Notes under the pieces: generated by a model
The model's database searches: none
Seen by the model: the letters and a program-made list of their open reading frames with translations, nothing else
Told to the model about the DNA's origin: nothing
In this document: positions 48,789-60,963 of the stretch, in pieces
How positions within the stretch are numbered: the first letter of the stretch is position 1
Layout of the letters: every line of letters starts with the position of its first letter
Translations under genes and position numbers: made by a program
Source of the DNA: Diadema antillarum
Taxonomy: Eukaryota
DNA length: 64,000 nucleotides
Direction of reading: 5' to 3'
NCBI RefSeq assembly: GCF_040938485.1
Contig: NW_027272246.1
Location: forward strand, 124,001-188,000

Positions 48789-50244
48789 TGTTTACCATGT
48801 GGCATGTTTACACTACAGTTTAGATCTAACACAATGTGACAGTTGTTGGACGTTGATAGAATTGGACTAGATTCTAAGTCTAGTTCTCAGTCATACTCAT
48901 CTAGGTATCTAAATATGGATTTAAAAAACATACATCCGCGACATCCGTCTTTACAAACTAGATTCTACACTAGATCTAAATTTAGAGTCTGTAAACTTGT
49001 AAACAAGCACGGCTGCACAGCCCTTTCGAGTGTTGCGCTAAACATCTGTCTTGACCGAGAGATCGGTCTGTATCTGGTCGTCGGGGATTTGTTCCGCGGA
49101 GACTGCGTCTGGCCTTTACGGATCCCCTCTCCGGAGGAGAATGATAACGTCAAAAAAAAAATAAAAGACTCCTCCGGACAGATGGATCTTTCTGTCTAAC
49201 ATCTGTCCTGCTACACACACAAATCACATTACAAATTACCCACCAGTCAAAATAATCCCCATAAAACTAAATGTTAAAGGCTGTCCAGATTGACATGGTA
49301 TAATTAGAATATGGGCCTAACGTTAGAAACTTTATTTTAGTAACTTCTGGATTGTCTTATGTTTTCTAAAGTTATGGGAATAATTGGGATCTAGAACCCA
49401 GTTGGACAGTCCTGGTATGCCAGGGGTGGTGGACTTTACTCTGTCATAATTGTTAGTTTCACTCAGCATCTGCCCAGTGATTACTAACATGTAGATCTAC
49501 AATTGTACATCTACAGACAGCTTAAGTACTAATGTCTACAGTAACGTGAATGCTATTTTGTCACTCTCAGACTCGCACCACACGGCAGGTACAACCAGGT
49601 GTAAGTAGAAAACCATACTACACAGTCAACTAGCCCAGCCAGATGCCATGCAAAGCACAGCATTTCTGTGCAGCAACAGGGCAGTGTGTAGTTACATGTA
49701 CTTACCACACCATGCACCACAGGCACAAGAAAATAAGTTCTGCAGTAAGATATTTTATGCCCAAAATTAGGCGAAAATGTATGGCCATGGGTATAATACT
49801 TGCCTTATTATACTAGACATTAACGAACTAAAAAAGAAAGAAAAAAAAAAAACATCACTGCAGGGACCAGCACTACAGAGAAATTTGAAAAAAAAAAAAA
49901 AAAACATCTGACAAGCTCCTACAGTATGTGTGTGCAGAATTCAAATGTGCATCTAACTGCGTGGGTAGAAAATTGTAGGTTTTGAAAAGAGCTCGAAAAA
50001 GAACTCAAATTTCATATGCGAACACATTTGGTTAGTACAGGTATGTTAAATACCATTACATTAGAAAGTGGATACTTGCCATCTAGATGCAAACTGGCAT
50101 TAAATAATTGTCCAACCTGTTTCTCTCCCACCACAGATGTATCATCCACAAAGAACCTCCTTGGTCGAGTAGCTGAGGCTGCAGTGCTTGGGACAGTCAG
50201 TCACATAACATTTGGGCTTAGCAGTGCTCTGTCACAAATACACA

Positions 50245-53200
50245 ATGACCTCTGCAGCCACTCTGACAAGGCTGTGCAAGGCGTTCAAGAGTCTTGCCCT
50301 ACTGGGCAGCACCCGGGGCCAAGCCAGCACCCTCTGCACCTCACATGCCAGTCTCCTCCCCTCCAGCTCTTCGCTATTACCCCAGAAATCCCTCCTGCAG
50401 AATTTGTCCGTCAGAGCCCTGTCGCTGAAGACTCCAAGCATTGTGGACAGACCATCGCACAGGGACCTGCACACCAGTCTTCCGCTAGAAAGATTTAGAC
50501 CATGGAAGAACACTCCAGAGTACACCATCAGACCTCTCGGCAAGAAAAGGATTACCAACAGAAATCATACTGGTTTGTTACTCTTCAGCAGAGATTCTTT
50601 GTTCTTCACCACTCTATATGAACATAATTCTATTCCATTCTTAGTTTCTGTTGGGGGGGGGGGGGGTGGAAGTGGTCTTGCCCCTCCCCACTTTTTTTGT
50701 TTAATACATATTGTTTAATCACTTTAGACTTTGTTATGATGTGTGTTAGAATCAGGTTAATTATATACACCTCTTGGTAAGTACTTAATAGTAGCATGCT
50801 ACAGGGATGCTAAGTTAAAAAAAATTTTATGAGTGAGATTTTCATGACTCGGCATCTCGGCACACGAATGTGTGCACGAGCGAGGGTGTGGGAGGGGTTT
50901 TTCCCCCCTGTGGCCTCCCATGGTAGGGAGCTTTTTCAATTTTTAGCTCTTAATGGTGCGATCAGGTACATACTTAAGTGACTATTTTTTACTTATTTTG
51001 AAAGACAAAAGGGAAATGTACCTTCAATTGCAACTACCACTTTAATCTTTTGAGCTATGCTCATTATTATAGGCCCAAGATGCAGACTTCACCCGATGCG
51101 TGAGAAAAATGGGTGCCATGCGTGAGATCGTGAGATGGCCCCTAAATGCTGGAGTCTCACGCAGAATGCGTGAGACTTGGTAGCTCTGCATGCTATTACT
51201 GAAATGGCAGTAATTGCTGCAGTGACTCATGTTGAGAATAATGTTGGAACTTATTGTGCATACAAAAATCTGTCAGGAAACTTCTAGAATTTCACAATCC
51301 TGGGAATTAAGTTAAGGATTCATCTTGCAATAAGTTTCTCATGAATTCCAACAATTAAGGGCATAACTTGCAATAATGATAATAATAATATTATGAATAA
51401 TAAATGAGGATAGTGTGTGCATTACTTTTTAAGCGAAAAAGAGGCACTTTTGATGAAGTGAATTAGATCCACATAATTATACTGAGGCTTTCATTAATAT
51501 TCCAACTGATTGGAACGCTGTCTCATTATGTTGCACACTGGACTTTGAAAAAGTAGGGGAGGGATGATCGTAAGCATGTGCAAAACAAGTGGGATAATCC
51601 GTAAGAGTGATAGATTTGAGGACATTTATACATGTATATATGTGTTTGCTGTAGCATACAATTGTACCAAGAATTGAGCTGCTTGATCTCATGATTGTCA
51701 CGTCATTTGTCAATAGTTAACGTGAGGCAACTTTCTATGTTTGTCTTCTGTGCATAGTGAAAAAGTCCCCTGAGTAGTTCATGTTTCCATTCTATTTCTG
51801 CACTGTAGGAAGAATAACGGGTGGCAGGCGTGGCGGTGGGGCAAAACGACGCTACCCGCATGATCGACTTTCACCGTGTGGGCCCCACGGAGGGACCTCC
51901 GATGGAGGAGAAGGTTCTCAGCATCCTGTACGACCCAAATCGGACTGCTGACATAGCTCTGGTTGCTGGGGGCAACCGGAAGCGGTACATACTCGCCACG
52001 GCAAACATGGAGCCCGGAGATATCATCAAAACATCAGCTCACATTGGAAGAATGACTGGTGCGTCATAAATGTGCTTTGATATGTTTTTCTGTATGGGGT
52101 TCCTATCTGTAATGCATGTCGTACATCTCTTCTTTTCAACCATTTCAGAAAGAGAGATATGAATGGATGGATTGCCCGGCACAAATATGTAGAGATATGA
52201 ATGAATTCAGTGCCAGACAGCAGCAGACAGACAAATGAAGAAAGAGAGACAGAGTGACAGACAGAGACAGTAAGAGATATATATACAGTATATATATATA
52301 GAGAGAGAGAGAGAGAGAAAAAAAAATATATATATATACATGCATGAACAAATGTCACTAGGGGAGACTGATAATCTTGAATGGCCTCTCTTACAAATGT
52401 GATAACATATTCGTGTCGAGCAGTGAAGCGAAGACATTTCTTCATACACCACTTGCATTAACGTAACTGTATAGTGGAGCTTGAAGTCTCTTTTTTTTCA
52501 TTCAAATCAGAGCAATAAGGTTGATACATGTCAGAAAGTCTTGTTAAAGATGTAGAGATTCAGGTTTATTGTCAGACACTGCAGATGATATGGAATAATC
52601 TGATTTTTCTTTTGGATATGCAGTGAGCATTTTCCTGACTTTTTCGATGTCAAGTTCCAGATATGTGGTTTGATAAACATAACTTTACAATTGACTTGTC
52701 ACTCTTTGCAAGTTTGAAATTGTTTTAAGGGATTTTTGGATGTTTCAGTCATTCCAAACCCGATTTTCATGAAATAAACGTTGAATTCCTCTTAAAATGT
52801 TATGCTCTGTACTATATCTTAAGTTTTCTTGGTATCTCGCAAAAAGTTAGAAGCCCAATTCTCATCCCCACCAATACTGTACCATCCTTTTAAGAAGTTA
52901 GCCAGAGCAGAGTGTGAGACTGAGATAGTAGAGCTACAATCACGACAGAAAAGGGAAAAAAGAAAACAGCAAAAAGGAATAATCTGTGATTTAAGAGCTT
53001 GTGTCTGTGGCATCTCTGAAACCCAATGAATGCATCCTTAACCCTTGCTATCATTTGATACAGTTGTCGCCAATGAGGGAGATGCGTATCCCCTGGGGGC
53101 GCTGGCCATCGGCTCCTTGGTCCACTGCGTCGAGCTCTTCCCAGGAAAGGGGGCCGAGAGAGTCCGCGCAGGCGGCACGTCGGCCCAGATCCTCCGCAAG

Positions 53201-54984
53201 GTTGGGGGCCAGGTGATCCTGCAACTGCCCTCAAAGCTGCAGATCAGCGTAAGCGAAAGGTGCATGGCCACAGTGGGCAGGGTGTCAGGGGACCAGCACA
53301 ACAGGATGTTCATCGGTAAGAGTTTGCTCTCTTCAACCCTGTAGGGCACAGGGAGGATGCGTCCTCCAAGCAGTTATTATAATTTTCAGCAGATACTTGG
53401 TATAAAGAGATCTGATGAAATGAAATATATGTGGGGATATATGCACTTTTACATGTGCCCATTTCAGCTCATTTTGGATGCACATGTTATGGGTACTTTA
53501 CAGTTTAAAAAAAAGAAAGAAAATTGTTAAAGAAATTACGGTGTTGACATGACTGGATTAAAACAGTATCTTTCTTGTGAGAATATTATGAATGTGTTGT
53601 GAGTATATTTCTCATGAGCACACATTACAACATGTGTGTCCACATGTCCCTGTTTGTGTCTCTTATATGTTTTGGCAACGTAGGATAATTCACACTACTA
53701 GCTGCTCAGATTATGAGTATGCATTAGGGGATTATTGCCAGAAACATAATGCCATTGTAAAATGGGAGCTCAAAAAAGTAGTGAGGTTGGGTGAACACAA
53801 TACTTTTGTTCTCATCCGTATTATTTGGTCAGAGATGAATTAACAGTAAGTACCAAAAAGAAAGTTCATTATTCCCCAGATAATTATGGTTTTGCATTGC
53901 ACACGTGTTGAGCTATTGTAAGAAAATACTGCCTACCTAATATAATACACACACGGTAATTGTCCCTATGAACTTTTTTAATGACCATTTTTCTTCTATA
54001 TCTCATATGCATATAACCAATATTGAAAGGGAGTCTATCACACTTGTAGTTGGTCATTTGATTGACACGAGTTTGATGCTTCAGTTTGCATATGGTTATG
54101 CAATCCTGAATGTTTGCAAATAATGAAAGCTTGTGATGAACTTGTGAATACAGGGTATAAATGGTAAATATTATCTACAGGTGCTGACATCAAGAAGTCT
54201 CTGTACTGTTCAGCCCATAAAATCAAAATCATCTCCACTGCCTTCTTGACGAAGATTTAACCAAACTACAGTGGAGCTGAAAGATAATAAGTATTGAATT
54301 TTATTGAAGTGTATGATAGATGTTGATCGGAATAAGAATGCACAATGTCATTCTTATCAGATGGTAAGTAAAATCTCATGCCGTCAAACCCCCGTTTGAG
54401 GCGAGACCCCATCGCCAAACGAAGCTGATAGGGTGCTATACCCCCCTAACGATTCCTCGTTTGAGAGTTGGGAGTAGATGTACCTGCCCACTGCAAAATA
54501 ACTTTCTACTCAGGCGTGGCAAACCTGGAGGCCAAGCCAGGGTTTAATGACTGCAACAGCTGTCATATTACGTAAGAGCATGGCGGTGACTGATGCTTAG
54601 ATTAGTCCAGGGTCAAGAAACAGGTGTTTTATATCTTTGGTTTTTAACTCCTTGATTGCCAATATATACACTGGTATTGTCTACAGGGGTGTAGCTTCTT
54701 CAAACGAGAGATTTGCCTCATGTGGAATCTTAAACTCTGTGGGTGATGACATGCCACACTGATAGTAGTGGTAGCTTGGCAATGTCAGTACTGAGTAATT
54801 ATCGTGTTTGCATCTGTTATTCTTCTTGGCAGGCAAGGCTGGGCGGAGCAGATGGTTTGGGCGTCGGCCCAGCAGTGGACTGTGGAAGAGGAAAGGAGGC
54901 TGGGCGGGGCGGAAGATCAAACCTCTCCCACCCATCAAAGTCTACATGGATCCCAACAAAAAAGGGACTCATATCAGTGTATGA
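50245..54984 (+). CDS. MRPL2: Mitochondrial ribosomal protein L2 (uL2m); assembled sequence has a net +1 frameshift in coding exon 2
   Basis: Exons 50245-50572, 51809-52058, 53064-53315 and 54833-54984 (982 nt = 3n+1). Presequence [17 protein letters not shown]..., then [110 protein letters not shown]. Confidence 0.93.
52730..52892. mobile_element. Right-end fragment of the TTAA-flanked Kolobok-like MITE family
   Basis: Nearly the same sequence as 56005-56170 (TTTTGGATGTTTCAGTCATTCCAAACCCGATTTTCAT...CCAATACTGTAC..CCTTTTAA). Confidence 0.75.
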
Positions 54985-55775
54985 AGCATCACAAATTACC
55001 CACATGTGAGGACTGAAAAGAGACTAGGTTTTCGGTATATGAAGCGCCACAGACCATTGGCGATCCAGGCGAGGGTGCACCGGGCGCCCCCCCCCCCTCC
55101 TTTTTTTTTTGTTGTTGTTAAAACAAAAGAAATTTAAAAAAAATTGTGAATTCCTGGATCTGCCCCTGCAGACTACCCACAAGTGAGGACTAAAAAGAGA
55201 ATAGAGCAGACATCCCTTTTCCTAGGAGGACAGCCATCAGCTGCTGGTTAGCCTTTCCTCCAGACATGTTGGCTATTATTTGCTATCCTGTCTAAATTAT
55301 GATGAGTAATATCAGTAGGCAAGACTGACAAAAATGCTGAGAATAGCAACCAAAAGCTGGGAGGTCTGAACTGATTGGTCCTGACAGCACGGAGTACCAG
55401 GTCACCACACCTTGGATGTTAAGAATGATACTTGCTTATGATGGATATGGATGCCGGTAATCAATCAATCTTGTCGGTAGCCACTAGCGTCTATGCTGTA
55501 AAGATGTTAATGGCTTTTCACAGCTATGATTTCCAGAGGGTTAATGTTTAACAGGCAAAAGATTCACCGTATGTTGAGTATACCATTTGTAATTGTCGTT
55601 TTACTCACATTTTCAAGGGGAAGCCTTTGGTTTCCAAACATGGAAATGAGGAGGCATAAAAGTAAGGGTTGGGCATTGTGCAAGATATTGTTCAAACGTT
55701 AACAGATGAAAGCGGTAGGAGTGGGGAAGATATTGCCACATCATTTCGGTTTGATTTTCATGACATCTTAATTTA

Positions 55776-56166
55776 AAGGGATCGTATAGTTTTTGGTTGA
55801 GACCTACACTGTAATTTCAGGTTACTAACATTTTTTGAGGAGATAACGAGAAACCTCTTATGAAATATGAAAGAGCATGTAATTCCATGAGGAATTCAAC
55901 GTTTATTTGATGAAAATTGGTTTTGAAATGGCTGGGATATCCAAAACAGAGCGATTCTAGTAAAGTGTGGGACCCACACTTTATTACGATCACTTTGTTT
56001 TACTTTGTTTTTGGATGTTTCAGTCATTCCAAACCCGATTTTCATCAAATAAACTTTGAATTCTTCGTAACGTGGTATGCTCTGTACTATTTCGTAAGTG
56101 TATTCTTGATATCTCGCAAAAAGTTAAAAGCCCAATTCTCATCTCCACCAATACTGTACTATCCCT
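55776..56166. mobile_element. Kolobok-like MITE (~390 bp)
   Basis: TTAA|AGGGATCGTATAG ... CTGTACTATCCCT|TTAA; the two halves are diverged inverted copies. Confidence 0.8.
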
Positions 56167-56357
56167 TTAATGTTTCACTGAACATCACGTGAAATTTGCT
56201 GCATTGGTACTTAATTTACATGAGATTAGTGTGTGCTCCTAATACCTCTGATCTTGGGTCAATCACTTTTGTAACATTTGCATCCTTCAACTCTAAACCT
56301 GACTGACCTAGATGACGCCTTGTGTTTTGTTTGGGGATATCAGATAAATTTGTCTGT

Positions 56358-56535
56358 GTTATTGCTGTTGGCATCCATCCATCTCGTGAGACAGTCTTAT
56401 ACACTGTGCGTAAGAACACCAGTTTATTTTTTGCTCGGACATCTCCTGCAATGACTAAACAGGCCAACTCTTGAATGGCAGTCTCTGCTACACTTGCTGC
56501 AAATGAAAGAAGCCGGCTGTGGAGATGTTGTGGGT
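56358..56535 (-). mobile_element. 5'-truncated RTE (BovB-like) retrotransposon 3' end
   Basis: Minus frame (not in the ORF track) PQPASFICSKCSRDCHSRVGLFSHCRRCPSKK*, stop at 56424-56426, is the RTE C-terminal CxxC...GLxSHxRRC zinc knuckle. The 3' end GTCTCACGAGATGGATGGATGCCAACAGCAATAAC is RTE-like. Confidence 0.8.
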
Positions 56536-57723
56536 ATAGTAGGGGTGAAGAATCGGTAAGCAGACCAATAAATATACTTCAATCACAAAGTGATTTTGTT
56601 CAAGAAATGATGATATTTTACCTCTCTTTGCCCTTGTCTTGTATCCTGTGTGCAATCATTTTGACATGTAAGACCTTGTACCCAAGTTGAGCCTGTCACT
56701 GTACATTGTACTTCCTTTGTATTTTTTTCATGCTTAAAAAAAAAAGGAAGAAATAGTGAAGATATGGTGGTGGCAATGGAAAATGTAGGGTGACAACATC
56801 ATTACCTTGTCTGATGTACATATGGATTCTTACTACTATCACTGTTTTGTAGCAACAGTTCATATTATTCGTGTAACTTTTTTTATGATGGTTTTGATGA
56901 AACTTCATCAAAGAATCTACCCTAGTATACAGTATTTAAGATTGACGTGGTAAGATGGTGACTGATTGAGAAATGTCTGTAAATGCATTTTGGTTGACAC
57001 TGACATGAATACATGAACATACACATATACATTTATCGTATCATGATGCGATGACAGAGTACTTTTAAATGGAAACAAGAATGTAATGGCTTTTAGATTT
57101 CAGCTATGCATTCCAGAAGAAAATGGAGCACAATTGTACACATAACGTACAATATGGTCACGAGTTCGACAATACAGAATTATGCACAAGATGAAAGATG
57201 AGATGCTCAATTCTTTGGTGTGAAGACTTTTGCCCGCGAATCGATATGTTGTATGCGAGTACACTTTACGTCTGTGTGTTGTCTGTGTGCGTGAGTGTGT
57301 GTTTTTTCTTTTTTTTTTCATGCTCCTTGACATGTGTGGTCTGCTATTGCTAACCATTCTGAAAAACATACAGTTTAACCACCTGTAGTTACAATGATGG
57401 TTTGTTACTGAGCAGTTTTCAACCAGGAGAGAATTTTTGGCTGAGCCGATTTGATTGCCAAGTTCGGTCGGATAATTTGGGAACGTCCACGTAATTGATC
57501 ATACGCATAGCCTCATCACTACATTCATTTACATGTGTGATTTGTGGCAAATTTGCCTTTCGATTGTATATCGGAAAGCAAATGAGGTTTGTTAATCCGA
57601 AAATGAAATGGGCTTCGGTAATTTGAATATTGAATAAGTACAAACGTATTTTGGGCTTTTGATGCATATATATTATATTATATATATGTAATAAATATAT
57701 ACATACCAAAGAAGTGAGCATAT

Positions 57724-57775
<52 letters not shown>

Positions 57776-57926
57776 GTATTATAGGTGTGTGTGTGTGTGT
57801 AATATACATCATTTTGTTGTGTGCTTTTGTAGAGATGTGCACCCAGCATTTTCAAATTGATCGCATGGAATTGTAATTGTATATAGATATTCATATTTGT
57901 TGGAGATACTGAGTAAGTGTCATCGA

Positions 57927-57931
57927 ACCTG

Positions 57932-57991
<60 letters not shown>
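57927..57991. repeat. (TA)n microsatellite (further TA/CA tracts at 57720-57800)
   Basis: Dinucleotide run. Confidence 0.97.
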
Positions 57992-57998
<7 letters not shown>

Positions 57999-59184
57999 AA
58001 AATATGGCACTAACGTGGTTGAAAACTGAACAAATGAATAAAGTATAAAGTAATTCCGCGATTGTTCGTGGTCACGAAAGGGCAGTATTGACGTTTGGAA
58101 TTAATAATTTGCATCCTTGGCAAACAAAAAACAAAAGTGCATCGGAAAAAGAAACGAAATTAAATAATCATTTTCAACAATTTCCCGTACAGCCTGCGAA
58201 AGATACTTCGATAGATTTAACCGCTTCAAAGAAGATTAAAAAGGGCAGAATGGCCTCATGTCGACATGCAACTGAGGTTCTCTTCACTAATGATGATGGA
58301 AAATTCCCAACCACTGATGTCGGAAAAAATGCATGAATGTTCGCTAAAATTTTTAATCGATCTCGTGATGTGATGAAAGAAAGCGAAACTGTAAGTGAAT
58401 TGGAAAAGATGTGATCACAAAGGTTTGACTTCTGTTGAAAACGAACGTTGACCGGTTCTCTCTCCTTATGTCATATTATGTCGTCTCCTGTATGTCTCAT
58501 ATTCTCTGTTTGGTGTATCTCCTTACAAATCGATTAGAGAGTTTAGTTCGGGAGATTGTTTGTTTGTTGTTGTTTTTTTTTTCGTTCTACCTGCCTCTCC
58601 GTTTGCGTCACCTTCTTACATAGAATCGATAAAACGCCTTCATGTTTTTTTCACCAAGGATGTAGCTGCTTCTCTCTCCGTTAAATCTGCCGTCGTTATA
58701 ACGATACCAATATTTTCAAGAAATCATATTTGAAAGAGATTAATAGTAATGAGAATCAAATTAAAAACGCCTTTTCCCCCTCTTGCATTTGCATGGTTTC
58801 CCTCAAGCTCATTTCCCCTCAACTGATATGCACGTTACTTTTGTACTGCATATAAAAAGAAAAGGCAAAAAGAAGAACAGACATATTTTAAGATGGAGTA
58901 TTGATTTTTTTTTTTTTTACTTCTATCATTTAACCAAGTATTAATCTTTTAATGCTTTGGGCTGACGCTGTACTATGTATTGGTATAAAGTTTGCAAGAA
59001 GAGGTATCTTTGTATCTTTGTCAGACTTTATCCTGCAAACGTGTTTCAACAGAAACGCAAACGCACACACTTATAATTCACATATTTCATGTGGGTATAC
59101 ACGTATGCATACATTGATATCATCTATTTGCATTTCGAATTTAAAAAATGATAATAAAAGGCGACAGGCCACTACTTTATTAGG

Positions 59185-59370
59185 ATCTCTTTGTTTCACC
59201 TTGTTTTTGGATATCTCAGCCATTTCAAAACCGATTTTCATCAAATAAAGTACTTGTGGTACCCCATGGAATTGCATGCTCTTTGACATCTCATAGAGTT
59301 GTTTTTGAATATCTTGCAAAACGTTAAAAGCTAAATCCTCACCTCAACCAGAACTGTACACACCCTTTAA
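59185..59370. mobile_element. Half copy of the Kolobok-like MITE family
   Basis: Reverse complement resembles 55776-55950; ends CTGTACACACCCT|TTAA. Confidence 0.7.
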
Positions 59371-60006
59371 GAACATTACATCAAACTACTGCCGATACAT
59401 TATCATTCAAAACTGTTACTATGGAATATTGAGCTAAAATGATTTACATTGCAATGTTTTTGCTAAACCTGGATAGTAAAATCATCATAAGCAACAAAAC
59501 AGCAGAACAGTTGATAACAGGCTGACAAAATGGTTTTATGGCTTACAACAGTTACTCTTTCAATTTATATTGTAAATACATCTAATGTTGACAAAGCATG
59601 CAGGTGTTGTATCTTTAGTTCCGTACAGTTGTATATATTTACACGACTGAGGATACAATACAATCGTATATGTTCATAGCCATAACATCATAATTAAGGC
59701 CCAACCAACATGACCAACTGTTCGTCGATTGTTCGATGGTTGTGATGGTTATTCTTATTGTAGTTATATCGTAATTTGATTTGGAACCTTTGTGTAAGTA
59801 CATAATGTTCCTATAGTTATTTCATAGTTATATTCATGTTTATTTCCCTGAGAGAATTTACTCATTTCTTATGGCCTCCAAGAAACATATGGAAAGAGGT
59901 ACACTGTATTTATAAATCTCACTCATCACGAAATGTAACAAAGCAGAAACAAATTTACCGCTTTTACGGGAAACCTGTTAAATTTCATCTCGTTTGCCTC
60001 CGTTCC

Positions 60007-60062
<56 letters not shown>

Positions 60063-60077
60063 TTCTTTCTCTCTCTT
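60007..60077. repeat. (TC)n microsatellite
   Basis: Dinucleotide run. Confidence 0.95.
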
Positions 60078-60124
60078 GAAACTGAGAATGCACTAATTTC
60101 AGCAAGACATAACGGTTCTCTGAT

Positions 60125-60320
60125 GGCCTCCCATTGGCCACATTCAATGCGCATGCGCATGTGCATTTAAAGCACTTGATAACCTCACAGTTGGGCATTT
60201 TATAGCGTTACTTGCGCAGACATAGTTCTGCACAATCAAGTTTTTCGGGAAACTGTACACGGTACGACTTGATACCTGCAGGAATAAATAATTTGAACAC
60301 AAGTCGTGAACAAGTGAGTA
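60125..60320 (+). promoter_or_regulatory. Candidate promoter and 5' UTR exon of the downstream GPCR
   Basis: Reverse CCAAT (CATTGG ~60132-60137), perfect NRF1-type palindrome TGCGCATGCGCA (60148-60159), donor-like ACAA|GTGAGT at ~60314, and acceptor TTTCCCCAG| at 60950, 13 nt before the ATG. Confidence 0.45.
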
Positions 60321-60963
60321 TCATCATTTTCCGCCCAAAGTATATGATTCGGTGATGGCTTACCAAATGATTATCGTTATTATTATCATTATTATTATTG
60401 TTTGTATTATTATCTTATATAATATAATAATATACATGATATGCATACACAATTTTCGTATACAATATACTTCGAATCGAAAAGGATGATAAATTGGTCT
60501 GCGATATTGACCGTTACAACAGGTCAAATTTGCCAACCAAAATTACCAACGCTTGTGCTAGTACACTGTACATCCACTGCATACACTTACCATATAGGAT
60601 TACTACTCTCTGTTGATATACACGAGTTTTATCAAACCAAATTTAAGCATTATTTCTGAATAAGTGCGTAATGACGGAATCGAAGCGATGCCGTTTCAAA
60701 AAGAACGTTGGAAATGTCAAAAGAGAAAGAATTATCAGCATGATTGTGCAGGGCAAATCATCTTTTCAAAGAAATCTTCAATCATCTCAATTTTGCCATG
60801 GAGAAATCAAACCCTTCTGGTAGATCTTTAGCGATTTAGTGGAAGACACATGACTTTTTATTGAAGTTATTTCATCCTTTCTTTAATGAAGGATTTGGTG
60901 TCAGGAGCTTTATTCAGCAACACTCTATATTTTGATATTTGTTTCCCCAGGACATAACAGACA

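Noticed and set aside
54360-54620. GC-richer intronic patch in MRPL2 considered as a snoRNA
   Set aside because: Could not find paired C/D boxes with a terminal stem or an H/ACA two-hairpin layout by eye; an Infernal/Rfam scan would be needed.
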